Source: Actinomycetes bacterium
Lineage (GTDB): Bacteria; Actinomycetota; Acidimicrobiia; Acidimicrobiales; JAMCPL01
Reading direction: 5' to 3'
Assembly: GCA_021846515.1 (NCBI GenBank)
Contig: JAJZWU010000003.1
Span: forward strand, 27,266-91,265
DNA: 64,000 nucleotides
The notes beneath the pieces were generated by a model. It ran no database searches. It worked only from the letters and a program-made list of their open reading frames with translations, and was not told the DNA's origin. Position 1 is the first letter of the stretch, and the number at the start of each line of letters is the position of its first letter. Shown here one piece after another: positions 33,436 through 42,125 of the stretch. Both the position numbers and the translations under genes were made by a program.

Positions 33436-35070
33436 ATGCAGGGAGATACCGTACAGACGAATTTTGGCAAGATAAGAGGCCGTAGGGAGAACGGCGTGTG
33501 GGCATTCAAGGGAATCCCCTATGCTGCCCCTTTGACCAATGAGTCGAGGTTTATACCGCCGAGAATGCCTTATTCCTGGTCAGGGGTATTTGATGCTTTC
33601 GAGTTCGGTCCTATAGCTCCCCAGCCTGACCCTGTTCCGGCAATGAGTATACTGGGTGATCCTACCGAATGGGATGAAAATTGTCTTACTTTGAATATCT
33701 GGACGCCGGCCGCGGATGGAGCGAAGCGTCCTGTGATGGTGTGGATACACGGAGGAGGATTTTCTACAGGAAGTTCTGCCCAGTTGCTCTATCGTGGGGA
33801 TCGCCTTGCCAGGAACGGTGATGTAGTTGTAGTCACTATCAACTACCGCTTGGGTTCGTTTGGGTTTCTGGCTCATCCACGGTTCAAGTCTACTTGGGCT
33901 ACGGGTGATGGTTTCGGTGTGGATGGAGTGAGTGGCAGTAGGGGTACAGGAGGTGCGGACGGTGTTGTCGATAAGGATAAAGAGTATTGCGGGAACTGGG
34001 GTATTATGGATCAGATTGCAGCCCTGCAGTTCATTCAAGAGACAATATCCGTTTTTGGTGGCGACCCCTCGAACGTAACCATATTTGGCGAATCTGCCGG
34101 CGGGATGAGCGTTGTTGCGTTACTTGCCGCAAAAGAAGCATCCGGCCTGTTTCATAAGGCCATTATCGAGAGTGGGCCACCTTCGAGTATCAGTATGGAG
34201 CTTGCAACTAAACGGGCGCTCAGAATAGCAGAGTTGGTCGGAGTTGACACTGCAGATATGTCACCGAGTAGCTGGGTCAGAGTCTCCCCTGAGGAGATCA
34301 TTAAGGCCGATCAGCAACTCAGCCTGGAGGTGTTAGATGATAGTGCAATGCCGCTCGCGTTCATGCCGACAGTAGACGGAGGGCTCTATAATGCATCGTT
34401 GGCCGAGCTTGCCAGTTCAGGCCAAACTGCCAATGTTCCCCTGCTTATAGGTACGAATCGTGATGAAACTGCTTTTTTCTCTGCAGGCGAGATACTCTCC
34501 GGCGGGCTGGAAGAAGAGAGGTTGTTAAGGCGTATCGCGAGAATATTAAGTGATAGCAGCGCTGCCAAGATCATAGATGAGTACAGGCATGCCCGTGAGG
34601 GGCGCGGCGAAGGGACATCACCTGTAGAGTTATGGACTGCAATAAGCACAGACTACGTGTTCAGGCTGCCCAGCATTGAAACTGCTACAGCTCATGTGCG
34701 CGCGGGGTCACCGGCTTACGTATACTTGTTTGACTGGGAGACCCCGTTTATGGGCTCTTCGCTTGGGTCATGCCATGCCCTGGAGGTACCGTTCGTGTTT
34801 GGCACGATTGACGAGCCAGCCGTGCAGCCGTTCTCTGGGTCTGGCCAAGAGGCTTTGGAGCTATCGAATGCCATGCAGCAGGCCTGGGTTTCTTTTGCCC
34901 GTAGCAGTAACCCATCTTGCGATTTGCTGGGTGAGTGGCCTGTCTATGGGGCGGAGAGACCTACCATGATTCTTGGTCGCAACCGTAGGGTAGTAGAAGA
35001 TCCGAGGGGAGAAGAACGTAAGGCGTGGGATGGCGTGGGGGTATTGGGACATACCGGACACCATGCATAG
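33436..35070 (+). CDS. Carboxylesterase type B (para-nitrobenzyl esterase-like)
   Basis: FGKIRGRRENGVWAFKGIPYAAP, VMVWIHGGGF and FGESAGG (nucleophile elbow). The start is taken at ATG 33436; the ORF extends to 33337. Confidence 0.85.
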   Translation: MQGDTVQTNFGKIRGRRENGVWAFKGIPYAAPLTNESRFIPPRMPYSWSGVFDAFEFGPIAPQPDPVPAMSILGDPTEWDENCLTLNIWTPAADGAKRPVMVWIHGGGFSTGSSAQLLYRGDRLARNGDVVVVTINYRLGSFGFLAHPRFKSTWATGDGFGVDGVSGSRGTGGADGVVDKDKEYCGNWGIMDQIAALQFIQETISVFGGDPSNVTIFGESAGGMSVVALLAAKEASGLFHKAIIESGPPSSISMELATKRALRIAELVGVDTADMSPSSWVRVSPEEIIKADQQLSLEVLDDSAMPLAFMPTVDGGLYNASLAELASSGQTANVPLLIGTNRDETAFFSAGEILSGGLEEERLLRRIARILSDSSAAKIIDEYRHAREGRGEGTSPVELWTAISTDYVFRLPSIETATAHVRAGSPAYVYLFDWETPFMGSSLGSCHALEVPFVFGTIDEPAVQPFSGSGQEALELSNAMQQAWVSFARSSNPSCDLLGEWPVYGAERPTMILGRNRRVVEDPRGEERKAWDGVGVLGHTGHHA

Positions 35071-35073
35071 TAT

Positions 35074-35147
35074 GGGGGTGTAGCCCAACCGGCAGAGGCA
35101 AGGCGCTTAAACCGCCTCCAGTGAGGGTTCGAATCCCTCCACCCCCA
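35074..35147 (+). tRNA. tRNA with anticodon UAA (nominally Leu) but a 5-nt variable loop (class I architecture)
   Basis: GGGGGTG-TA-GCCC-AACCGGCAG-AGGC-A-AGGCG-CTTAAAC-CGCCT-CCAGT-GAGGG-TTCGAAT-CCCTC-CACCCCC-A. Perfect acceptor, anticodon and T stems with a GGTTCGAATCC T arm. It starts 3 nt after the esterase stop. CCA is not encoded. Confidence 0.7.
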
Positions 35148-35511
35148 CCCATTGAAACGCTCATTACGAGCACTGTACGGATATTGTGCGACGACGAGTC
35201 GTAACTATGTATAGCGAGAATCGCATGAGACTAGGCTACTGATGTCTTTCGCAAAATACCACGAAGAGAAGTGGGAGTGCGAGCCTCTGAATCTATACGT
35301 AACCGTCCACCGGATAGTTGCGCTGGCCGGTGGGAGCGCATGATTCTTTGCGGGACACTGCATTAGGGTGATCGGGGTTCCTCTCTACTGAAAGCATCAC
35401 TCTGGCCGTTCTTGCCAAGCCTATTAACAGGGTAATTGCAATATCAAAAAGCGGATTTCAACCCTATTAAGCATACCTTTAAGTAGCCAGTATAATGGCT
35501 GTGGCATAATG

Positions 35512-36276
35512 TCATACGCAGCCGAGTTTTGCGCGTATATGCAAATATAGTGGAAATTGCGTTAAATCTTTAGCCTCGGGATGACGCTCTATATAATCAT
35601 GATCTGGTATTGGTTCACGAATTTGCTCAATGATAAATCCTGCATCGGCAAGTGCGCAACAGTAGCGCTCCAGTGGTCGATGAAAACTATGAAAGTCCAT
35701 TGTCATCTCCTGAAGTGTGGCATGCTCGACATAGGGTAGCTCTTGCCAATAGCCAGCCGACGAGTCGTTTTTTTGGTTGATAGTCGCTGACGTAAAGGGA
35801 TGAATAATAGCAAAACAAAATACTCCTTGTGGAATGAGCACTCTTTCTACTTCAGCAAACAGCGCCACGATGTCATCAATGTCATGAGGAACCATAAACG
35901 CTACGACGCAATCGAACACACGGTGTGCGAATGGAAGGCTCTCAGCATTTGCACAGACTGTGACAAATCCACGCTGATGAGATGTCCGCGCCAGCAAAAA
36001 TGAATAATCTATTCCACAGACATATGTGGAGGACTTAGCCAACTCAGCCAAAGTCCTTCCTTCGCCACAACCTATATCCAAGCAACGCCTACTTTGGATG
36101 GGTAATAGACTCTCAAATGCAGGCCAATTAAATTCATAAAAAAAATGATCTTGGCCGTCTGGTTTTGCCCATTCAATCCATTTTAGCGCCTCTTCGCGCC
36201 AGCGTTCGTTGAGCGGTTCACTGTTGTCGCTTCGGCTGAAGTAGCGATGCCATGCACCTGATATGTCAGTTGCCAT
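35512..36276 (-). CDS. Class I SAM-dependent methyltransferase
   Basis: 254 codons. Motif I: RCLDIGCGEGRT. Methyltransf_11/25-like layout. Confidence 0.75.
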   Translation of the reverse strand: MATDISGAWHRYFSRSDNSEPLNERWREEALKWIEWAKPDGQDHFFYEFNWPAFESLLPIQSRRCLDIGCGEGRTLAELAKSSTYVCGIDYSFLLARTSHQRGFVTVCANAESLPFAHRVFDCVVAFMVPHDIDDIVALFAEVERVLIPQGVFCFAIIHPFTSATINQKNDSSAGYWQELPYVEHATLQEMTMDFHSFHRPLERYCCALADAGFIIEQIREPIPDHDYIERHPEAKDLTQFPLYLHIRAKLGCV

Positions 36277-37562
36277 TAAAGCAAGAACACCAGGACGGGA
36301 AATGCTATTGCTGTCGTGATGGCGAAAGCTATCGTAGCTATCTTTAAATTATTGGTACCTGGCAATCGAGCAGAGATTACTCCAAGCCAGCTCATGCTAG
36401 TGCATAGAAAGGATAAGGTAACTACGAAATGTGTATATATAGTACCCATGTGGCTAAAAATTACCGTTGTGCTGTTAACAACTGCCAGCAGGGTGATTAT
36501 TACGGCAGCGATTAGCGCGAACCAGCTATTGGTTATTACTGGACGTCCTCTTACTTCGATTAGTTTTTGGGGATCGCTGTGATGAAGTCCACACTCTGCA
36601 GTGAGCGACTCAAGCGCCATGTCGGCGGTCACAGTATCTTTCAAGCGATTCCTAATGGTTATAAGCGCGTCAAGAGATAGCGTCGTTGCATATGTAGTAA
36701 TCATCGAATACTTAGATATTCTAAAGCCACCTTCGTGCACGGTGTCACAGTCTTGGAGCGCACTAAGCGTAGCTAGCTGATGACGGAATCGTGGGTCAAA
36801 TATTGCTTGGGGACATGCCATAGCTACAGAGCGAAGCGCTATGGGTAGTTCAAGATACCGCCATCGGTCAGAGACATCCTTACGTTGAAAGATAACCTCA
36901 TGAATCGCCAGGTCGTCTTCCATTCGCTGCAATAATAACTTTACGCATCGTGGAATAATTCGTGTCGATGGCCCTTGTCTGATGCTATCCATCTCCGGAC
37001 TACAAAAAACATACAGGATAGCTGCCACAGTTTCGACAGGAAGGTCATTTTCAATTGCCTGATCTGCGAACAGTTTCCATACTCTTCCTATTTTTTTATC
37101 ACGTAATACATGACTATCCGATCGTGCTAATGCACTTAATGCAATTGCAGTAGTCGGCATCGATATTTCCGACTCATCGCCCAACGACCATCCAGCACTT
37201 CCCATCCGATCCCAGAGCTCCTTTACTAACGTGCCAATGAAACGATCTGCTGGTTTATATTGCTGCTTAAGCCAAGTTAGTGCAGCGAGGCGCCAAGCGA
37301 CATCGAGATTGGTTGAGAAATCCCAGTTAGTGCCGTCTTCCCTTACAACGCACGGGCTGAAGATCGTAAGGCATACTTCACGCTTGTGCGGTATTGTAAC
37401 CCCATCTTGGGACAGGGTGCATACTACTTCTGATGTGTTCTGTGGATTTAATGGGATATCTGGAGCCCAACTCCAACCAGAACGTTTATGCTGCGAATCG
37501 TATTCCTGAACAGATAGCAGCCACTTGGTGCCAAGGCAAATTTGACGATCAAAACCAATCAT
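36276..37562 (-). CDS. Membrane protein with prenyltransferase/terpene-cyclase-like (QW-motif, alpha/alpha-toroid-like) N-terminal domain and C-terminal TM helices
   Basis: 428 codons. TKWLLSVQEYDSQHKRSGWSW resembles a QW repeat. The C-terminus has 3 hydrophobic helices (WFALIAAVIITLLAVV, THFVVTLSFLCTSMSWLGVI, IATIAFAITTAIAFPVLVFLL). No DxDD or DDxxD motif was seen. The functional call is weak. Confidence 0.45.
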   Translation of the reverse strand: MIGFDRQICLGTKWLLSVQEYDSQHKRSGWSWAPDIPLNPQNTSEVVCTLSQDGVTIPHKREVCLTIFSPCVVREDGTNWDFSTNLDVAWRLAALTWLKQQYKPADRFIGTLVKELWDRMGSAGWSLGDESEISMPTTAIALSALARSDSHVLRDKKIGRVWKLFADQAIENDLPVETVAAILYVFCSPEMDSIRQGPSTRIIPRCVKLLLQRMEDDLAIHEVIFQRKDVSDRWRYLELPIALRSVAMACPQAIFDPRFRHQLATLSALQDCDTVHEGGFRISKYSMITTYATTLSLDALITIRNRLKDTVTADMALESLTAECGLHHSDPQKLIEVRGRPVITNSWFALIAAVIITLLAVVNSTTVIFSHMGTIYTHFVVTLSFLCTSMSWLGVISARLPGTNNLKIATIAFAITTAIAFPVLVFLL

Positions 37563-38206
37563 GACGAAGCTGCAGCGTCGACAAATGTACGAAGCTTGAT
37601 TGGATCTTTTCTACCAGATGTTTCAACTCCTGAGTTTACGTTTACAGCCCAAGGCTTCACTACCCGTATAGCATCTGTAACATTTATTGGGGTAAGCCCA
37701 CCTGAAAGAATCACCGGTATCGGGCATGCCATTGAAATTTTGGATGAGACAGTCCAATCATGTGTTAATCCAGTACCTCCAATACGATCATTCGACTTGT
37801 CTATGCTATCGAGCAGTAGAGCGTCGACGTAAGGCACCCAGTATTCCCATTTTTCGACCTGTTCTTGAATATGAATGGCCTTGATTATGCGTAAAGTTGA
37901 AAAATCCTGCCGTAGTTGTTTGACTACGTTTATATCAATATTATCGTGCAACTGTATGGTATCTACTGATAATGCACCTATGAGATAATTGATATCCGCC
38001 AGAGAAATAAAGTGCGTGACTACATATCGTCCCATATATGGAGGAACTCTAATTAAAAGCCGGGCAGCATCGTCAATCGGCAATGCATCTTCTGCCTTAT
38101 GCGTTACGCCGCACAATACACCAACTGCATCTACTCCTGCTTCGACGCATACGTCGAGATCTTCGCTATCACGAAGTGCACATACTGATGTCCGTACGCG
38201 ATGCAT
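37559..38206 (-). CDS. Phosphoribosylanthranilate isomerase (TrpF)-like protein
   Basis: Collinear with TrpF as I remember it: TSVCALR (catalytic Cys position), GVDAVGVL, LLDS...GGTGLTHDW, and LSGGLTPINVTDAIRVVKPWAVNVNSGVE. Confidence 0.75.
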   Translation of the reverse strand: MHRVRTSVCALRDSEDLDVCVEAGVDAVGVLCGVTHKAEDALPIDDAARLLIRVPPYMGRYVVTHFISLADINYLIGALSVDTIQLHDNIDINVVKQLRQDFSTLRIIKAIHIQEQVEKWEYWVPYVDALLLDSIDKSNDRIGGTGLTHDWTVSSKISMACPIPVILSGGLTPINVTDAIRVVKPWAVNVNSGVETSGRKDPIKLRTFVDAAASS

Positions 38207-39159
38207 TAACCTAGGTGCGGGGGTGTCGATGAGCGCTTTAACCCGGCTCGTTCCCCGCGCTTCACAAACTTGAGCGCCATCTTCCTGCTGGCCTCATCTA
38301 TCATCTCATCGCCGAACATCACTGCACCCTTGCGCTCGCCCTCGGTAGCCTGGCGGTAGGCATCCAGAATGTCGTGGGCTCGGTCGAACTGTTCTTGAGT
38401 GGGAGAGTAGACTTCGTTCAGAACCGTCACCTGATCAGGGTTGAGCGCCCACTTGCCATCATAGCCAAGTACCCTGGTACGCTGTGAGAACTCCTTAAGC
38501 CCATCCAGGTCGCGTATTTTGAGGAAAGGACCATCGATTACCTGCAGTCCATTGGCTCTCCCGGCCATCAGTATCTTTGAAAATACATAGTGGAAGTGGT
38601 CTCCAGGGTATTCCGGAATAGCCACTCCTCCGGTAAGTACGGGCATTTCCATAGAGGCGGCAAAATCGGCAGGACCAAAAATAATGGTTTCGAGCCTTGG
38701 GGATGCGGCACATATCTCTTCAACGTTGATTAGCCCACGTGTAGTCTCTATCTGTGCTTCTATGCCTATATGTCCGGCAGGCAGGCCACAATTGGCCTCT
38801 ATTTGTGTAAGTAGCATGTCCAGTGCTACTACCTCTGCTGCACTTTGCACCTTTGGAAGCATGATTTCATCCAGACGTGTCCCTGCGTTTGATACTACTT
38901 CTATGACGTCGCCGTATGTCCAACGGGTATCCCATGCGTTTACGCGCACGCAGATGACCCTGTCATCCCAGGGAAGCGTCTTGATAGCCTCTGCAACTTT
39001 TGACCTGGCACCTTCTTTTTCAAGAGGAGCTACGGAGTCTTCCAGGTCCAGGAAGGTCATATCCGCAGGAACGGTTGGCCCCTTTTGGAGAAACCTCTCG
39101 TTGGATCCGGGTACTGACAAACATGAACGGCGGGGTAAATCTCTACTTCTTTCAGACAT
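38206..39159 (-). CDS. citE: HpcH/HpaI aldolase / citrate lyase beta-subunit-like (CitE; acyl-CoA lyase)
   Basis: RRSCLSVPGSNERFLQKG...DMTFLDLEDSVAPLEKEGAR... is typical of the CitE/malyl-CoA-lyase family. The start is taken at ATG 39159 (317 aa); the ORF extends to 39237. Confidence 0.8.
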   Translation of the reverse strand: MSERSRDLPRRSCLSVPGSNERFLQKGPTVPADMTFLDLEDSVAPLEKEGARSKVAEAIKTLPWDDRVICVRVNAWDTRWTYGDVIEVVSNAGTRLDEIMLPKVQSAAEVVALDMLLTQIEANCGLPAGHIGIEAQIETTRGLINVEEICAASPRLETIIFGPADFAASMEMPVLTGGVAIPEYPGDHFHYVFSKILMAGRANGLQVIDGPFLKIRDLDGLKEFSQRTRVLGYDGKWALNPDQVTVLNEVYSPTQEQFDRAHDILDAYRQATEGERKGAVMFGDEMIDEASRKMALKFVKRGERAGLKRSSTPPHLG

Positions 39160-39357
39160 GGTATATAGGATAGAGCGCCGGAGGCATAGTTGCCAAATCG
39201 CGTCAGCAATTCTGCCGGCCAGGTGCCGGTAAGTCAATAGCGCCCAAGTGAGTCTCTATGTTTAAGGGCAATTGGGTGATCAACTCTGCCGGCTGAGCAA
39301 TGGTAATATGATTAACATGCCAACGTGTCCTACGGGTATTGAAGCCGGTGAAGACAG

Positions 39358-40314
39358 ATGAAGCCGATTCCGGTAGCGTTTCATATAGGGCCGCTGCTTG
39401 TGCATACATACGGCATAGGGCTGGCTATCACCTTTTGGTTTGCCTACAGGTACTTTGAGCGCAGGCTGAAGAGCAGGGGGTACCCGTGGGAATGGGTGAC
39501 AGGGCTATTTGTCTGGGTGATAGTTGCCGCGATCGTAGGTGCTCGCGTCATGCATATACTGGCCAATCTCTCCTTTTACATGCATTATCCCCTGCAGATA
39601 CCCGAGGTATGGCATGGCGGGCTCTCTTCTTTTGGCGGTCTTATTGCGGCAATTCCTACCGGGCTCTTCATAGCTCGCAAACGTTGTCCGGAACTATCTC
39701 TTGCAACCTTGGCTGATCTGGTAGCGCCTGTGTTGATAGCGGCATGGGGTGTGGGGAGGTTGCTGGGTCCGCAGTTGATGGTGGCAGGTGGCGGGCATCC
39801 CACTCATCAGTGGTTCGGCATGTACTATGCAGATCAGGTCGGGAAGCGCTTGCCGGTTCCCATCTTCCAGGCGATAATATCCTTTACGATATTTTTTATA
39901 GTTATTATGATTGAACGAAAGATGATCAACCGGCCCAGCGGATTGGTTGTCTCCTCTACGGTTGGTCTGTGGGGATTGGGCAGGTTTTTCGAGGAGCATT
40001 TATGGCTTGCCTACCCTGGGCATCTTGGCGCCATTCTTGTTCAGATCGCGGGGCTTGGTCTCTTTGTAGTTGGTGTTGCATGGTCAGTATGGCTTCTTAC
40101 TCACCGAGACTCTCACGTGTTAGCCGAGCAGGAATTGGCTTATATACATAAGCTGAGAGTGCCGGATAAGCTGGACACTTCGGTAGAGGCCGGTTCCCCA
40201 ACCGAGACAGACTCCTTGATGGAGGGCAACTCCCAGGCAGAGGCGGATTCCCTGGTGGAGACCAGCTCTTTAACTGAGACAGACCCCTCAATGGAGAACA
40301 GTAGTGGGCTCTGA
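39358..40314 (+). CDS. lgt: Prolipoprotein diacylglyceryl transferase with repetitive acidic C-terminal tail
   Basis: Polytopic. HTYGIGLAITFWFAYRY, GARVMHIL and WHGGLSSFGGLIAA motifs. The tail is ...SPTETDSLMEGNSQAEADSLVETSSLTETDPSMENSSGL. Confidence 0.85.
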   Translation: MKPIPVAFHIGPLLVHTYGIGLAITFWFAYRYFERRLKSRGYPWEWVTGLFVWVIVAAIVGARVMHILANLSFYMHYPLQIPEVWHGGLSSFGGLIAAIPTGLFIARKRCPELSLATLADLVAPVLIAAWGVGRLLGPQLMVAGGGHPTHQWFGMYYADQVGKRLPVPIFQAIISFTIFFIVIMIERKMINRPSGLVVSSTVGLWGLGRFFEEHLWLAYPGHLGAILVQIAGLGLFVVGVAWSVWLLTHRDSHVLAEQELAYIHKLRVPDKLDTSVEAGSPTETDSLMEGNSQAEADSLVETSSLTETDPSMENSSGL

Positions 40315-40316
40315 GC

Positions 40317-41921
40317 CTACGTCCTCTCTATAAGCCTCCTGGCGATGACCTTTAGGGCAAGAGTTTCATCCGCACCTTCGAATATGGATAATACCCGTGC
40401 ATCGACGAAGTACCTGCTCACGGGGAACTCTTCAGCGTAGCCCATCCCGCCGTGTATCTGCATCGCTTCGCGGGTAACCCATTCTGCCGCCTTGCAAGCG
40501 TAAGCCTTTACCATAGATGCCTCCAGTGACCCCTCTCCGTGAGCCATCAGTTTGGCAACCTCATAGGTGAACTGCCTAATTGCCTGGATCAATACGGCCA
40601 TGCGGGTCAATTTTACCCTGGTTAGCTGGTAGTCAAGGATGGGAGAACCGAATACTGTTCTGTTGGTTGCATAAGAATATGCAGCTTCGTAGGCAGCCTG
40701 CATTATACCCAGCGCTCTTGCGGCCGTCTGTAGGCGCCCGTTCTCGAATCCCTGCATTTGCAGGTAAAAACCCTTGCCAATGCCGTCTTCACTCCCCACA
40801 AGGCAGTCATCAGGCACAAACCACCTATCAAAGGAAAGCTCATATGAGTGGAGTCCTCGGTACCCTATAGTATCTATCGGTCTTCCCTCCAGATGCCCTT
40901 GGTTGGCGCTGTCGAGCACGAAACCGTTACCGTCCGCTCTATCCTTCTCTACCACAAACAGGGATAGTCCCCTGTGCCCCTTTGTACGATCCGGGTCAGT
41001 TCTTGCCAGTAGCATTAACAGATCGGAACGTGCCGCAAAGGTGCACCAGGTTTTTACTCCTGACACGAGCCATCCTCCGTCGGTCTTTTGGGCAGTTGTA
41101 GTTATATTGGCAACGTCAGAACCGTAGTCAGGCTCGGTAACTGCGACCGCAGTCATTAGCTCTCCGGTTGCCATCTTCGGAAGCCAGCGTTTGCGCTGCT
41201 CGTCAGTTCCACCGGCAAGTAGGGCTCTGGCAAGTATCTCGGGTCGTGTGATCAACGATCCTCCTATAGCGAGTGCTCCCCATGACAGTTCTTCGGTGGC
41301 GATAACCATCCCCAGATAATCACCTTCAGACCCCGCAGCAAAGCCTCCATACTCCTCCGGTATGGACATACCGAAGCCTCCCAATTCAGCCAGTCCTGAG
41401 ATTATCTCTTCGGGTATGTCCTCATTGTGCCGGTGGACTCGTTCGGCATGCGGCCTTATACGCTCTTCTGCAAATTTATGGAAAGTTTCTCGCGCCAAGT
41501 CAAATTCCTGGTCAAGATGGTGATTGCCGGTTATCCCGGAAATGCTGGAAAGATAAGCTGGATTGCGATACTTGGTTGTAAACGGGTGAGCTCCAAATAA
41601 AAATTCCATTGTTGTACCCCAGTCCTGCTCCCTGCCTGCCAACCTGCCCAGCAGATCGCCCAGAGCGTCTGCCAGAAAAGCGCATGCTATAGCTGCTTCC
41701 TCCCTACCGTGCCTGCCATACGATATAGCGTTCTCGGCAATTCTCATTGCAGCAGCCATATGAGCAAGATCGTAGGCAACTGCCTGGTTGGCATCCACTC
41801 CACCATTGGCTGCTATGTATTCTCTGGCACTGTCTATGACTCCCTTACCTCTTTCCAGCGCCTTGGCTGCATTATCGAGGTCTTCTTCCGGATTGTATCC
41901 ATCTGGTATGCCTGTGGCCAT
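40317..41921 (-). CDS. Acyl-CoA dehydrogenase, long form (N-terminal helical extension)
   Basis: 534 codons. AVTEPDYGSD and QIHGGMGYAEEFPVSRYFVDARVLSIFEGADE. Confidence 0.85.
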   Translation of the reverse strand: MATGIPDGYNPEEDLDNAAKALERGKGVIDSAREYIAANGGVDANQAVAYDLAHMAAAMRIAENAISYGRHGREEAAIACAFLADALGDLLGRLAGREQDWGTTMEFLFGAHPFTTKYRNPAYLSSISGITGNHHLDQEFDLARETFHKFAEERIRPHAERVHRHNEDIPEEIISGLAELGGFGMSIPEEYGGFAAGSEGDYLGMVIATEELSWGALAIGGSLITRPEILARALLAGGTDEQRKRWLPKMATGELMTAVAVTEPDYGSDVANITTTAQKTDGGWLVSGVKTWCTFAARSDLLMLLARTDPDRTKGHRGLSLFVVEKDRADGNGFVLDSANQGHLEGRPIDTIGYRGLHSYELSFDRWFVPDDCLVGSEDGIGKGFYLQMQGFENGRLQTAARALGIMQAAYEAAYSYATNRTVFGSPILDYQLTRVKLTRMAVLIQAIRQFTYEVAKLMAHGEGSLEASMVKAYACKAAEWVTREAMQIHGGMGYAEEFPVSRYFVDARVLSIFEGADETLALKVIARRLIERT

Positions 41922-42125
41922 CTCTATCTCCTTTGTATCTATAGGTTATTCAATCTGCACTATGAACTATTCAGCCTGCATTTGGTCATCCTTCCAGTGG
42001 GAAGTTTCTCTGCAAGGTAATTAGTTTTATAGCGCAACAACAAGCTTCTCAGTCCAGCATATTACCACTAAGCTGTCACACCTGATTATGATGTAGCATC
42101 ATGGCAACTTCCTCAGTCCAATATA

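Noticed and set aside
35424-35507. 27-codon minus-strand ORF (MPQPLYWLLKGMLNRVEIRFLILQLPC) 4 nt after the methyltransferase stop: possible precursor peptide
   Set aside because: There is no Shine-Dalgarno sequence, no recognisable leader/core organisation, and no partner modification enzyme of a known RiPP class. The evidence is insufficient.
38217-38262. Segment GGGGGTGT...GCGCTTTAACCCGGCTC resembling the 5' acceptor and anticodon arm of the nearby UAA tRNA, with a GCGGGG/CCCCGC stem: possible att-site remnant
   Set aside because: It lies inside the citE coding sequence and matches the 5' half of the tRNA rather than the 3' half, which is what integrases normally duplicate. The similarity is short and gapped, and probably due to chance.
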